The notes under the pieces are model-generated. The model saw nothing but the letters and a program-made list of their open reading frames with translations. It made no database searches and was not told the DNA's origin. From assembly GCF_040954835.1 (NCBI RefSeq), contig NC_090710.1:31644586-31708585 (forward strand): a stretch of 64,000 nucleotides of DNA. The letters run 5' to 3'. This stretch comes from Lepisosteus oculatus. Lineage: Eukaryota. Shown here one piece after another: positions 37,096 to 52,600 of the stretch. The translations under genes and the position numbers were made by a program. Every line of letters begins with the position of its first letter. Within the stretch, counting starts at the first letter, position 1.

Positions 37096-40000
37096 CTGGA
37101 AGTAGAAAGTTTGCACAGTCAACCTAACACAGTACTGACACAAAGTAAGTGTGTTTAAGACTTTAAACTGGACCCCTGGTAATTATTCAGTCCACATAAC
37201 AGGAAATTTGCATTCAATTTTTCTGTTTTGAAAAGCAAAATATAAAAATGACAAAACTCCAACTATAAGAAAATGCTGCCTGAGTCATAGAAACATAGAT
37301 ATGTATATATAGGAAAATGAACAATACTTTTTTAAAATAAACCATTTATCACAGCTGTAATTACGTCATAGAAATAATGTTTCTTTTTCCAGACAAAACT
37401 TCAAACAGCAGTTTGAGGCAGTTTTAGGATGAAAATGTTTCATTTGCTAACTTATGTTTATCATGAGACCCCTTCAGAGTCTGTTCACCAAAAACTGCTC
37501 CAGATTGAATATTTTCCAGGGTGATAAAAAGATCTGCTTAGCATCCAACACAACTTATTACCATTTCAAGAATCTAAAAACAGATACAAACCTTGAAAAC
37601 ATTAAACGTAAAAGAGTTTCAGTGTGTGAAAAAGGCACCCAATTCCTTTATTTTATGACCTGTACTCTGAAGGAGGTAAGGTGCTCAGAGGCAGTTGAAG
37701 GTATATATTAATATCGGACATCGAACACAAAAATAAGGGAAACACCCAGTCTTTTTTTTAGACCCACACTTTCGCATTTCATTCCAGATTGAAATAAAAC
37801 AATACCTAGATCTGAATTGTAGTTTTATTAACCAACTAAAGGAACACTACTTTTATTTACCTGAAGGGAATTGTCCATCCATTGTTAGCATAACGTCATT
37901 AGAACACAGTTATAGGAGGCTCTCTCAAAAGAATTAAAAAAAATCTTTAAACACTTTAAACTGCATTATATGTTGGGAAACTAAATAGTGGATCATCTTT
38001 ATTCCTCACTTAAACTCATTCTGTGGAATCACATTAACATTTCAAAAACAGAGGTATGGATTACAAACTTTTTTTTTAGAGTAGATTAGGCCATTCCATT
38101 TAAGAGAACAGCAACTCAAAATTTCTTCTGGATTTCTTGATATTATTTCACAACTGCTTAAATGACGTTAAAACAGGTTAAAAACACTACTCAAAAAGTA
38201 TCAGTTCTTTTTAAAACACTTTTAGCAAAACTGGCATTGTACATTATGCTGTTAAAGGTTTAACATGTAACACCTACTTTAAAATATTCAGGGTAACACT
38301 GCCATATATACACTGCCATACACCCGATGTTAATTCTACTATTTCTAAACATACTTATGTAGTTTTCAAGCACATAAGCATAACAGATTTGCAAACATTC
38401 CCCTTTGATGCGCTTAATTGTTAGTTTTGTGCATAAAATGTCCAATTTCAAGTCAGCTCTTTGCAGATACCGAACCCTTATTTTCCCTGGTCACCCATTC
38501 TCATGTCCTGTCTATAGAGCAGATTTTAATTGCCAACCTCTGGAAAATCTCAGGTGCAACAGATGTGACTACCGGTTGGATGACAAGAGTTGCTGTAGGA
38601 GAGTGGCTTGTGATCATTTCAACTGCTTTTTATGCACAAGTGCAAAGGAACATGGGATTCTTTAAACAATGGGTTGCAGTGTCAAAACTAAGCAGTACAA
38701 ATTCCCCTTTAAGATATCTATTTGCAAATTGCAATACTATTTTTTTACTGCACAAATACATTATATCACATAGAGGAAGACAAGTATGGTGCTTGATGCA
38801 ATGCAATCATCTCTTGAACATCTTCAGTGGGTTCATGTTTTAGATAAACAAGCTTTGATGTCTGGCTTAACACTTCAGAAGAGAAAAAAAATCAATTTTA
38901 ATGTTTAGAGTTTCTGTATGTTTCCAAGAAGGCACTTGCATTGCAAGTAAGACTATTCGCAACTTCAATTTTAAAACTCAGCACACTGCAGATTTCTTTA
39001 AACATTGTATGATAAATCTTCCTCCATGCTGAGGCAAAAAAAAAAGATGAATAAGCATCCATACAGAAATTGTAATTCAAAAATGTAAGGTAAACAGCAC
39101 ACTTGGTCAGGAATTGTTTTAAAAAGTGGTATAAAAAGCCCTGTTCTATACAGTTTAACACCAACTTTTACCCAATCACCACCCTCATTTGAGAGTTGGC
39201 ACCACACAAACCCGTAGCTGTTACTTCCTCCCTGTGTGAATTAACTGCTGATGGGAAATCCTGTGAAGAATGTGGATACAACCACTCCAAGCTGAATGAC
39301 AGCACACACAAGGATGTGTGATCATTTCTAAAACTTATAAGCAGTAGGCATTAGCAGTAGCCTTTACCCACCTGCAGAGATAAGTACATTTCTTTTATGA
39401 AGAGATTTAAAATGACCACAAAGGGAATTTTTATTGCCACTTGAAATTGACATCTTTTTAAATAACCTAACAAATCCTTAAATGGTGCTTTTTATCTAAA
39501 AGGGTGCCGAAGCACTTTACATATATGAAGGAACACGCTACACTCAACTGGGCCACTATTGGCCTGCAAGTGCCTCTCTCCACCATAACAGACCAGGTGG
39601 AAAAGTAAGGCATTTGGCCACCTGAAATAAGGGGGAACTGAGGAAGGCCAGACTGTGCAAGTACAAAATTTAGCTTGGACACCAGTGTTAACTGCTCTAA
39701 GAACAGTACACTAGAATTTGTAACGGCCCAGTCAGAACTTCGTGTTAACCAAACGATAGCAAAATGTCCTTGAACACTTTTAGTGAACTGTCTTATTGGT
39801 CCACCAACCCCAATTACAGCAGCCACCTGGTTTTCCTTGGGGGATCTCATCACAATACTGACCTGGGTCAGTCTAGTTTATCTTTTGAGATAAGGCGAGA
39901 TGGTGGTAATGATACTGATGCATGTTCAAAGTTAAAATATTTACTGCCCTAAGGCTGTGCTGAAGTGACTTTTAACTTTGTTTTCCACAGAGCCAGATTC

Positions 40001-43000
40001 CATCCTAGGCTGGACATCTGAAATACAGTATGGCTTCCTGTTAATTCACGCCAACAAGGTAGTGCCTGAAATAAAACATGAATGAGTCGCTAACTCTGAC
40101 TCTGTAAAATTAGCACATTTCTTCATAACTTATTTCCAATTTCATCCAAAATATCACTGCGAGTTGAAAACCCAAGAAACATAACCCGGAATATTATAGC
40201 AGGGTCATACACAAAAAAGGCTGGTTGTGGAAATGGACATTTCTAAATGGGGAAATCACACCTGTGGAGTTTTGTAAGACTAACATCTTTTAGTGGAATG
40301 TGGGTGAACAGATTTTTTTAAGACAAAAAACATGCAAAAGATTTGATGGCAGTTTTCGGAGCCAAGAAAAGAACTCATGAATATCAGGTTACAAACAAAG
40401 GAAAGGACTTGAACCCAAGATGCAAAATATTTTCATAAATCCACAAAAGTAAAAAAAATAAATCATACAATCTTTAAGGAAAAATAAATAAAGTACTAGT
40501 TACAATTATAAAGAATTTAATAAGGAGTTAAATTTTTCTTATTTGTCCATTATGCTTGCTTGTCAGGGTATGTATAAAGCTTTCTAAATTTACTGTGCAG
40601 TTGTACCACTAACAAACAATGAAAATATGTATCATTTTTATTTTAAATCCTTTTCAATCATAACTCCCCCCACCAAAGTTTGGACGTTAATATTTTTGAC
40701 TTGAGCTTTCTGTACGGGGTTGAGATGAATCATCAAAAGAACAGGTGCAAAGTCTAAATGTGGCAGGAAGCTTTACTAATACATTTACCCTGCTAGAAAT
40801 TCACTCGCGTTCACACTCAAAGGTGGGGAAAAAGTAGGCTTCAGTCCAAGGTCATCGTCTTGGCCCACATCTCAACTATAAGGCTATCAGAAAATATAAT
40901 TAAAAGTTGGCAAACTACTCACTGGAGCCAACACATTACTAGTCAAGCAGAAGTTGCAGTGTTTTTAAGCAATGCATAAACAATGAAACTTGAAAGCACT
41001 GCTCTAATACGATGCTGTACCTTAAGAGAAATCAGTTGTAATGACACACTTGGTGCAAGGAGTTAGGGCACCACTCAAGATCTTAACTTTTAACCCTCAG
41101 AGAATCATGTGAAGATGTAGATCCTCTTGATATCACCAAGTTAACTTTTATTCAGGATCATTTGCAACATAACAGCACTTCATGGTATGCAAGTTTAAAA
41201 ACTGGATAAAATGATTGCTCACACGAGTTCTGACACATGTAAAATGCAAATTAACCGATTTGGGTAACTGAATTAGGGAGGTCACACATTTTGAATAAAC
41301 ATGGATAAACCTTCAAAAGTAAAGATCAACTAATGACTCATTGAAAGCACTTAGAGCAATTCTAAAGAACAAAGACAAAAAGTTAATACAATCACCACAC
41401 TTGCGAAGCTGGTCCAAAAATATGAAAAAAGATTCATTCATAGTCAGGCAAGAAGAAATACTTCAGAGAATATCAGGGGATTATGCATCTGATAAAACCA
41501 CACTAGGAATAACAATGATTAAAATATAAAAGAATCTTAATATAAAGCTAAATAATATAAATGGAAAATGGGACATTATGTGGAGTACAAATAAATTCAC
41601 TGGAATATCCTAGAGTTCCTTGACTATTAGCAAAACCTTAGAATGCAGTATTGTAAAATTAACACAATACAAATGAAGACTACAGATCCATCCATTTAAA
41701 ATGCAGGCCTGTTAGATTTTAAAAAATGAAGTAAGTGAGGATAAAAGTACATGCATCAGACCATGCAATCGACATAAAAGATGAATTTCAAAGTTACATG
41801 CTTTACAAGGCTTAACTTCTTATAGAAGCATCTATAAGTTTCGATTCGAAAAGGATCATGAGGATTACAATTTAACTCCATAAACTTGGATAATAATGTG
41901 AATGGAGAAAATAGCCCTGTTCCCCATAGAAGTAAATAAAAGGGATGAAAAGACAGGAGTTGGATTAACACATACTCTGAACAAAGTGAAAGGTGGAGTG
42001 TAGAATGTGAACTGAAGATGTATATAATTTGTTATGAAAGCAGACATGTAGAGTAGGTACAGATATGCAAGGACATTGTAAAACAAATGTTAAACGCAAA
42101 AGATAGAATCTTCAGATGAACTATTTAAGCTATAATATAGTAGGGTATAGACAGCACCCTTTGGAAAAAAAAGATAAGTAATGTACTAGATTAGTACTGA
42201 TTAAACTAGCTAAACAGGCAAAAAACACTGAGATGACAAAAAGACTTATACCATGCAACTTCCTATGTAAGACATAGAATTGCATGGATGCACATACTGA
42301 AAAGCACATACTAGTGAAAGATGAAAGAAAATGTTATAGTCTTAAAGGTGAATGGTAAGGTATGACAATGGTGGTATTGAACACCTTGAATGGAATAGAC
42401 GGTAATGATTGCAGAATTGTTTACAATGTAATTCTTGGAGCACAACTGGACATACAGTAATAGAAAATTCAGATGTGCTAGCATTACTTAAATGACTCGA
42501 CTAAAGTAGCTTTCACTCTCATTCCATACTTATGTCTGTGTGTATAAAGGTTCACACACATTGTGACATTCTTCAGGAATGTATTGGAACAGTTTTTGTA
42601 AACACCATTAATTTTAGAAATATGTGGAACCCCTTGTAAACATAGAAGATCACTATAAAAACAGGATATTAAACCCTTCTCATATTATTACAAAGGGATA
42701 CAAAATAACTTCAGTTCTAAGGCAGTATTGCACTATGAATTTCAACTGCTGTCAGAGAATAAGTACTCAGACATGTCTCATAGAAATTTGCTTCTGGGAC
42801 AGTAAAAGTGCCCAAAATACAGAAATTAAGTTAAAGAAACTAGAAAACTGACTCATACAATTGTTTGATTTCAAAATATCTGCTTAAAAATGTTAAATAT
42901 ACTTTTATGTTTATGTTCATACAAACTTTTTATATTACAATGGTGCAAAGGTCTCGTATTAAAATATTTGCTTTAATTCAATTCTCCCAAAATTGAGTTA

Positions 43001-46000
43001 GTCATTGGACTACCAATCACTGTGGAATCCACAACACAAAAAATAAAGCTTGATAAGAGCATACTTACCATCATAAAAATAACACTGGCTAAGATGGTAC
43101 AAATAACTCTGAAATGCTAAATTTCATTATTCTAGAATGCACTCAGATCATCAAACTCTTCTACAGTAAGCTTCCATAGCACATATATGATGTTTAGTCT
43201 GAAAGCTTTGTTTATGCACAAGCCTCCTCCCCCTTGCATATCTCCTGATCAGAATTCCTACTAGTTTCAGTCCTTTACGTTTACTTATTAATGCTGGTTC
43301 TGAGGACAATGTATTTCTATACAGCCAGCTTATTGATCCTAGGTATAGCACAGTGGAGTGAAAGCAGTTTAATAAGCCACTTTCCGCCGTCAGCCTTTAT
43401 GATCTTTAGGTAACAATGAAAGAAAAAAGTCACAAAGTTAGGCACAGTATTACAAGACAATATGGCACTATATATCGATAACCCACTTTCAAAAGAAACT
43501 CCAATGCCACTATAATACATTTCTGAAAAAAAATAACTTTAATTTGCTAAAATTCTAAACTGTTTTAATTAAGAAAATCTCTAAAAAATGGTTTCCCAAC
43601 CCAGTAAGAAAGTAATATGGAAATCTACAGTACTAAACCATTTCTGTGATTCAAATGTCAAAACAGCTTTGCCATTTATAAAGGGAAGCTGTTAATAAGA
43701 GACTGCTGAATAATACCAGGTAGAAAGGAATGGTTGTATAAATCAATATCATGACATTACACACAAAATACCGCATACAAGCATTAAAGGACTAATGTCT
43801 AGTTAAAGTTTTGATGAACATTTTTGGAATGAAGTATGCAGTTGTTCTACATGTTCTACATCTTTTTAAATTATGGTGGAAAAGGACAAAGGGTAAATCA
43901 ATGTGTATCTGTGTATTTTTCAGTAATAATATATACCCACAGAAATAGTCTCGAAATCTCAAAATGTGTCTTGCGTCTAAGAACAGAATATTTAATAACA
44001 ACACACCTCCCAAGAAAAACAAATTATGTTGTTTTTGGCAGTAAGAGGTTTTTCCAAGCTCAAGATCATTTCTCTTAGGAAAGAAATCCTTCAATAAAAT
44101 AGAGGGATAATTTCAACCAACAATCTAAATAATATCAAACATGTAGTTAGTGCATGTTTTGGTCATATTGAATGCAAAACTTTCACTAAATCAGACATCA
44201 GAATCTTACTCTTTACTTTTCACTTTACTTTCAATCTTTATTTTACTTTTCACTTAAGTAAAAAAATACCATAAGGCTTTTTTACATTAACTGAAAAGAA
44301 CAGCTGCAGATAAACATCCATTCCTGGTATTTCAGGGATAGATTTTAGATACAGTAATTCCCCAATTTATGGAAAGGGGAATTTGTACAAAGGAATACTC
44401 TGAGATGGGAATAAACGTTAATTAAAATAGTTTTAACCTGCATCTAAAACTGCACACTGCGTATTTTAGAACAAAACACTGCAAATTACCTACAGTAAAA
44501 TCCATAACTTGTTTCGGAAACCACCTTTAACTTCAGTCCATTTCAGGCAGCAGTGTACGCTGAAGCCTAATTTCATCAGATCACAAAAGCCAAATTAAGC
44601 TGGACCTGGATGGTGACGAGATGGACAAACTCTTTCCACTGGACCCCAGTATGGTGACCAGAAATCATTGTTTGGCTAAAATGAGGTTCTGACTACTTGA
44701 TCATTATGGATTACCCAAAACTTGTCCTGGTTAAGTTCTCCCTGTATCTGTTGTGGAGTGAGGCACACAGCGATTGCTGTGCACCACTGAGCTGGGTGTC
44801 ACACTGACAAGTCACATGTAAATTACTTTGGGATGGGAAACACTATTAAAAGGTAAGGAATTAAACACATTACATTGTATGCACAATGCAAACAATTCGT
44901 AACAGACCGTCAATCAACACATTCAGCATTTTATTCACAAGCGGCGACTAAATGTCTTAGTGAAATTGTACAGCACGTGCATAAACTATTCAAGTTATTT
45001 TTCACAGATTGTTTCACGAATTCCCTTAAAAATGAAAACATGTAAGAGAATGGAACTTCTTGTGCTAGCTTTGGATCGTACAAAGGCGAAGATATGCAAT
45101 TCAACGGAAAGTTATTACACAGACACCAATGGGGGGGGGATGAAATTGTTTTCATTTTTATCAGACCTTTTAAGCGCTTCACCCCTGTATCTGTAAAGCA
45201 TCCTGGCAGTGGCAGCATAAGTGCAAAGGTTCTGTAAAGCATTTGCTATCAGAGCAGATGTAAAACTTAGTTTAAGTGTGAGGCTAGTGCAAAACAGGCC
45301 TCATGTCACATACAGCGGGGAAAATAAAGGACAGTGAAAACAGCTTTGTGCAACATTGTGCATCTGTTGCACGGTAGGATGAAAAACCCGTCCTATAAGG
45401 ACATTAGCTAATTCTGTATACAAAGAGTACAGGGAGAAGATTACATTGTAAATGTATGTTACATAGGAGAATCCCGATTTTGTTTTGTAGGACTGTATGT
45501 ATATAATGGCATGAAATGAAGAAACTTCCATTTAGAGAATTGTCACTTGCAAAAAAAGATTTCATAGAACATTAAATTCTGCAAATCGAGGAATTACTGT
45601 ATCGGACATCCAACTTGGAACGGACCATTTTAAAAACATCTATACATAATTTAATTATTGGCAAATAGAATCCTTTTCTATGAAGATGTCCTACATTTTT
45701 TTTTTACTTCGGCTACCCATAATGAGTAATTTACAACAGGAAAAATGCCCATCCTGTTCATATAGCAGCCCAGGTTATATTCCAAGCTCTCGAAATACCA
45801 AGTACAGAACTAAACCCACGGGATACCACAGCTTCTGCTTGCAGTTCTTTAGCAGGCCACACTGGCACAGCTGACAATACAGCATCTACTGCTGTAAGCC
45901 ATGAGTCTACGCTTTCTAACTTCTTTAAGGAAACTATAATAATGATAATTATATCATCATTTAATGGCATCATCAGGATAAGAAGTCTATCATTCAGTGT

Positions 46001-46595
46001 GCAGGCAGGAAGCAACTTTTCAATACTTCTTGATCAATATCGCAACTACTTGATCGACTCGTTTGAGCCTCTCAATAGCTTTGGCCACAATAAAAGGTGT
46101 ACTGTACTGCAGAAAAATGTGTAGCTGTGCACCTTCACTCAAAACTGACTAAGAGTTACTTTACATGTAAGGCACAAACTTCGACATGAGCACATCTGAC
46201 GCCATTTCTATCATGAAAGCTGACATATATGCTGGAACCACAGCATAACAGCCACTTAACCTACATGCGTAGTGTGACAGCTACAAAACAAATGGCATGA
46301 ATTTCAGCCCCTGTTGACTCAGTTATGGGAATAGGCACTTGTTAAGGGGCTTGTCTAAAAACAGGAAGGTGGGCATTGTTTTCTTGACATCCGATCTGTG
46401 GTGTTCCAGAAAGATGCGCTCGAAACACTAAAACAGACACTCAATTACACGACAGGTCTCCTTCTCAAGTATGCGAAAGACAAATGTTCACCACAGCACA
46501 CGGGAGGGGGGAGCACATCAGCTCGGGGCTCTCCTTGGCAGCCAACACCCCTCAGGTTCGGTTGGGCCCCGGGAGAAGGTCTGCCTTGTACTCAC

Positions 46596-46701
46596 GTTAT
46601 CCATGTAGTTGGGCTTGAACCCGTCCTGCTGCCGCCTCAGCTCGTCCTGCTCGCGCTGGCGCATCAGCTCCTCCTCGCGGCGGCGCCGCTCCTCCTCGTG
46701 C
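46596..46701 (-). CDS. PSPC1: PSPC1 exon 6 (coiled coil, [36 protein letters not shown])
   Basis: Acceptor tgtccgcAG (ag at 46703-46702), donor AAC|gtgagt (gt at 46595-46594). Lies within ORF 46518..46907(-). Confidence 0.88.
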
Positions 46702-49700
46702 CTGCGGACACAGCGGGAACGCCGCCGGTCAGGACAGGAGCCCGGAGCCACCAGACGGGCCTGCAGACACGCTCCACCCCCCTTCCCCGGTGCGCAAAGC
46801 GGAACGGTTCCCGCCGAGAGCCGAGCCTCCGCGCCGGATACCGTGAAAGGAACGGTAGTCGCTGCACTGCTACGTGCCATACAACACCGCCAGCATGATA
46901 GCAGCACGGCGGATCACATTTTACCAATGACAGATGTTGCTCTCCAATTTCACAGAACTGTCAGAAATACAATCTCCTGTTTACAAGAGACATGTTCAAT
47001 ACAAGTCTTTCTTCCCCCCGTTGTATTTGCTCTACGGCACCGAGGACAACGTTAACTTTGTGTGGCACAACAAGCCATGCACTTCTGCATTACTGTGATT
47101 TTACAAAGACCTTTAACAGGGTCCATGTTTTGATGTAGTTTCAATTACTCATTTGTAAACAAGTTAATTTTAATTAGCAATGTTTTCATATTTTGCACAG
47201 AGCACGGTAATCTAATAGATGTTAAGTAAAAACATTAACACCTAATTGTACCGCATCCAGTGTGTTTGTCTTCTTGGCTCCAGTTTGATGTATTCTGTAC
47301 AGAGATTTAGAAACTGTAGCAATACTGTTTTCGCAAGTAAAAAGATACTTAGAAAGCAATGTGCAGCAACAGCGTTTACACAGCAAGATTATATCACTGG
47401 TATTTTCAAACAGGATATGTCAGCTTCCATTGCAGAGACTGCTAAACTGGGTGACTTCGTGTTGTCTTTGATGTCTTAAAGTTTTTGCAAAAACAGCACT
47501 AAAATATTTATGATCACATTAAACCATTGTATTTAAGGCATTATAATATATTTCTTTTTTAATCATATTAAATCCTATTTTAAATGGAATTGGTAATATT
47601 TCCTTTAACCATGTTATAAGTACTTGCGCTTATTTAGAGATTATCTGACCACAGTGACTTGGAATAATGTCTTACAATTGCCAGAAATGACATCATAAAG
47701 CCTGTGTAGCATTATAAAACATTCAGAGGTTAAGAGAACAGAGGATCAAAAACAATAAAAAACCAAAATAACCAATTAATAGTAAGTAAATGTCAGTCAT
47801 TTAGGAAAAAGTAAAGCGCACCCCAAGCTGAACTTATTACATACTAGTACGTGTACATTGACTCACGGTCAGATTTGCCATCGCTGCCATACTGAAGACA
47901 CTCAAATTTAAATGTAGTACAAACTGTGATTCTACTACCAAGCTCTCAGTACTATATAGAAGTCTGTCCGATACCGAGATATGGATGCAACACAAGTTAA
48001 AAGTGAATAGAAATGAGACAGTTTATGCCCCCAACATCAAATCTGGAAAACGGTAGACTTTCATACCCCCAACAAAACAGAACAAAAACATGAAACAAAG
48101 ATTTACAGACTGGATAATGTTACTTGCTAAAAAAAACTGTGTTAAGAAAAGAAGGCACAGCACCCGTTATGTGACTGCCAGTGATAAGTTCTTATCTGAT
48201 TTAACATTCTTACACTTGAATGACAGTCAATCTAAAAGCTTAACATCAGAATAACCACTTTTATTAGTTTAAAAATTTCTAGACCACTTATACCCCTTTG
48301 GATTCTATTTAAATAAATGTCCTTGTCCTCAACACAATTTTTGCAGTAACATAAGAGGCTGATCAGGGCCAGGGCTGTGCCTGGTTTATAAAAGGCTTGT
48401 GTTTTAGAGATGTCACAGAACACTGTCCCTCTTCTCCTACTCTGGGAGGTTAGGTTTTCCTTTATTTCAAAACTATACTAAACTGTGAGGTGACTTCTTA
48501 CACCCCTATAAAACTTTTAACCTTGAAAGTTCTACACAAAGCGTACTCATATCGGTCATAATCAATCCAAAAGGTTCACAGCCATTCACACCCATGTAGC
48601 CAGTATTTTGTAAAGCCTCCTCTGGCACGGATTCCACTGACTAGATGCCTCCTGTAGTTTCATGAGGCTCCTGCTTATCAGAACACGGATTTCTGACCAT
48701 TCTTCCACACAGGATTGTTCCAAGTCCTACACACCCTTTGGTTTCCATGTGTGAACTGCCACCAAACCACAAATCTCTCACTACACATAGGTCCGGAGAT
48801 TGAGATGTTAAGTTGAGAACCTTTCAGATCCTTCAATGTTTTCAGCTCCTTTTTAACACCAGCGTATTCAGTTGAGTTCAGTTAAATACGCCCTGTGGCA
48901 CCCAGGGGTAATTCACAGAGTGTCATAGGCTCTTGATCACCCCAATGATCTTTAGCACTTGTAGATTCATCAGGAACTACTGCCACATTGTCGAGATGTT
49001 TTAAGCGGTTATTTTTGTGCAAATCAGCAATCTGAGTAAACCCTCCTTGCTGTGCTGAAAAGCTGTAGAAACTGCCCAAACATTTCCTACTTGTAAAGAA
49101 ATGCATGTATCGCTAAAATATCTACAACAATGTAGTTGCAATTGCAAAACATCCACTTCACCAGATGGATACTGGTGCACTCATTTACTTTTCATGTATA
49201 CAAACACACTTTATTTGTACTAATCTTTAACACCATTTTAAAAGATTTATCATAATTAAGTGCTACTGGTCGAATTACAGTTTCCATGTTGATAATCAAA
49301 GTATTGCCAAGATTATTTTCCCTATGGTGTTGCCTTGAGGATAACTGAACTATTGTATAGCAGCCCCAAAGGTCTCATGGTCAAAGAAATCCCAGGCCCA
49401 AATAAAGTATACACAGTTTACTCAGTCGTCATCCCATTCCAAGTCTCTCAGACAAATCAAGAAACACTTGGTGACCTGCACAGGTGAATAGGTTCTGGAA
49501 TTGGGATAGGACATGGAATTGCATATCCTGCTGGGAGCATTAGGCAGGAATAAGGGTGACTATGTGAAAAGAAGGCACTCCAGCAGAAAAAGGCAAGTAA
49601 CGGTAAAAAGGAGAACACAGAGAGTGATGCTGATGACATCCGAGAATTGTTATGCTGAGGTGATGCAAGCAGTGATTTTCAACAATGAAATATTCTTCAT

Positions 49701-50068
49701 GTTTACATGAAGGTGGTGCTTGTTTATCATGTACAAAATTAGAATATTTAATGACATTGCCACACTGGAATAAATTTAAGTTTGTCACAAACTTTACTAG
49801 ATCAAAAACAATAATCACTGACATCACTAACATAAAGTAAAAAAAACATCTCTCCGTTTGTATTCTCTGCTGAACAGTCTTATGTACTTTATAAATAGAT
49901 CTGAATGCGTCTAATTTTAGTTTCAATATGCTTTATGATGAAATGCGTATTGCCCTTAAGACCGGATCAATGCGATGCATGTTTCATGTTCTAACACTTT
50001 ATCTAGTTACTTAATCCAGGATTGAGTCAATTCCGACCAGGTTTTTCTGTTGCATCGTAAAACAATAC

Positions 50069-50153
50069 CTCATTTCAATCTGCTTGCGTTTTTGGAGTTC
50101 TTGATTTCTCAGTTCCTCCAATCGTCTCAGCTCTTCCTGGCGCCTCATGAGAT
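50069..50153 (-). CDS. PSPC1: PSPC1 exon 5 (coiled coil, [29 protein letters not shown])
   Basis: Acceptor ttttgacAG (ag at 50155-50154), donor ATGAG|gtattg (gt at 50068-50067). Phase-1 entry and phase-2 exit. Confidence 0.88.
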
Positions 50154-50653
50154 CTGTCAAAACAAAAACATTCACATCTCTCAGCAGATCACCAGACCTC
50201 CAAAAATCACAAATCACTATCGCGTTTCAGAAAAACCGATCGGGGGGTGTAAGAAACCTTGAGAAGTGAAAGCTATATTACCGCAGTGGGACATTTTTCT
50301 AAAATTCTAAACCAGTTTTCTAATATCGCGGATATATATGAGAAGAGCTGTTTAAAATGAAAACGGAAAATAAAGATCTCAAACAATCATGACTGCCGTG
50401 ACCGTGTACAAGCCATCACTTAGAAACCGCTTCAGTCTTGACCAAACTGAGTTGTTTTTCTTTATTCCGAGATGCCAATTTCATGCCCTCCCAGTTCTGC
50501 ACTTAGGGGAAGCGGCGGAGTCGGTACAGCTGACCGACACCAGCAGTGCCGCCGGTGAACTCCAGGCTCCTCGGGAGCCGCGGGCAGGTGGCCTGGGAAC
50601 GGGGAAAAAGCGGGGATCTTCCCGCTGGCCTGCTGGGCAGCGCTGGGCCTTAC

Positions 50654-50850
50654 CCTGCCTCATGAGCATGAGCTGGTGCTCGTGGCGAGCCGCCTCCATC
50701 TCGGCCTCCAGCTTCTCCTTGGCCTCCCGGATGTTCCGATCCACCTGCTCGCGCTGCTGCTTCTCCATCTCGTCCAGGGCCTTCCAGCGGGAGGAGTACT
50801 CGAACTCGAACGTGCCTGGCTGGGCGAACCGAGGCGGCTGCTCCCTCTCC
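50654..50850 (-). CDS. PSPC1: PSPC1 exon 4 (NOPS domain and start of the coiled coil)
   Basis: Acceptor cctgccAG (ag at 50852-50851), donor CAGG|gtaagg (gt at 50653-50652). Encodes [65 protein letters not shown]. Lies within ORF 50481..50987(-). Confidence 0.9.
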
Positions 50851-52394
50851 CTGGCAGGAAACAGATCGCGCCCGTTACAGGAAGGACACCCGTCGGCAGA
50901 CGTCAGGCTTTCGGCCTGTTTGCGTAGCTCTTCGTGTGAATAAAACTCTTTCACTGGCAAATTACTGAGATGTCTGAACTGCCTCACTCAGGAAAAAAAA
51001 TATTTTTCAATGCATCAACACTATTGATATTCACCAAATATGAATATCTTCTCTTTGAGGTTAGAAAGAAGTTCACAGACAACAGGAGGCCGTCACGCCC
51101 ATTTGGTAGTTAACAGCGGACTGAATCAAGTGAGTGCTGTCCCTCACCGCAAGGGGAAGTCTAAACCTGGCCTCAGACTAGTTACCTCTTCTACTGCACC
51201 AAAACGAAGAACAGGCTAGGCAATTTGGTCTTCTTTTTACCACACCATGCTTAACAAAGCACTAAATATATTAGCAGTTTCTACATGCTAAGAAGAGAAA
51301 AACCTCAATATTTGCAATTTCGCCTATTTCCACATAATTTTTAAGCGAGTAAACTTACTTTATCAATTACTGCTGCGCTGTTATAATATGTTACTGCACA
51401 GCGGCGCTACATTTGTAAACTGGAACAAAAACCATGTAAAGCGAAAATGGGCTCTACAGAGATTTTAAAAAATGCAACAATCCAATTTGTTTGCACATGT
51501 AATAACTTGAATAGTAGTCAGAAAATGAAGCTTCAAGCTTACGGTAATCATTTTCATCAAAAACATCAACAATTACTAATAGTTTTCCTGATGTAGCTAA
51601 CAGTAATAAAAAATATCACAAGGGAAATGTATGATCATGGGAGTTGTGGAATCATACCGTATTTTTCCCACAAGGTATTAAGTTCTGTGTCCTTGAAAAC
51701 CTCAACAAACCTAACCCTTGTAAGTATCAAGGTCTTACTGTCCTTTTAATTGTTTTCTATGTTGTCACGCATGGTGCAACTGAATTCAAATTCGTAGAAG
51801 CCCTATGAAAAAAACCTTCCAAATTCAATGCAATGTACAAAAAGATCTCAATCTGCATCGCCAGCTAAGCGATACAAACCTAACGTTATATGGAATTAAT
51901 TCCCAATATTTGTTCTTGTACACAGTATCCAATGCACTGCACTAAGGTAAGAGGTTCTCCATCTCAATCCTGCTCCTGGACTATTTCATTCTGCCGGCTA
52001 TTGTCCGGCTGGGCCCTACATCGCTAACTGTGGCCTAGGACTTTTACTCTGCATTCAGTTGGGTCTGACAAACTCCCTAAATCACATACAAATCCAACAG
52101 CTTCAGCAAAGACAACTTGACCTGCCACCACCATTTCTGTCCCTACTGCAATGTCAGCTTTGTTAGGCTTCTACTATTGACTGCTCCAGGAGAACAGATA
52201 CAGAACTCCGATACAGACTGCAACATGGCTGCAAGATAAAGACACCCTGCTGGGCTTGTCGTGCTGATAGAGTAAAATAAAAATGAAGGGTCCGATCACA
52301 TCTAAAACACTGGATCAACTGGGGAACACAATCTTATTTGGGACTGATTGAATAAAAGTACAAACGGATATTTTAACATTCATAAAACACATAC

Positions 52395-52490
52395 TTGTGG
52401 TACTGTGCTGTTTTTTGCAACAGCTTTTCTGGAAGACCATCCTCATCATCAAACTGTTCTGTTGGTTCGACAATGGCAGGACGTGGAGAC
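52395..52490 (-). CDS. PSPC1: PSPC1 exon 3 ([33 protein letters not shown])
   Basis: Acceptor ctgtctccAG (ag at 52492-52491), donor AA|gtatgt (gt at 52394-52393). Phase-2 entry and phase-2 exit, matching the flanking exons. Confidence 0.88.
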
Positions 52491-52600
52491 CTGGAGACAG
52501 AGTAGGCACATTGCCTTAAGATTCATAGAAAAAATCAATAGGATGAAGGATTGTCGTTCAACATTGTAATATATTCCATTATGTATTGCATATCATATAC

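Noticed and set aside
46398-47055. Plus-strand ORFs 46398..46898 and 46609..47055, and minus ORF 46664..46927
   Set aside because: They overlap PSPC1 exon 6 and its GC-rich intronic flank, in antisense or off-frame. Only the 46596-46701 minus frame shows DBHS homology.
50389-50943. Plus ORF 50389..50943 (184 aa) and 50676..50927
   Set aside because: Antisense to PSPC1 exon 4. Arg/Ser/Leu-rich low-complexity artefact.
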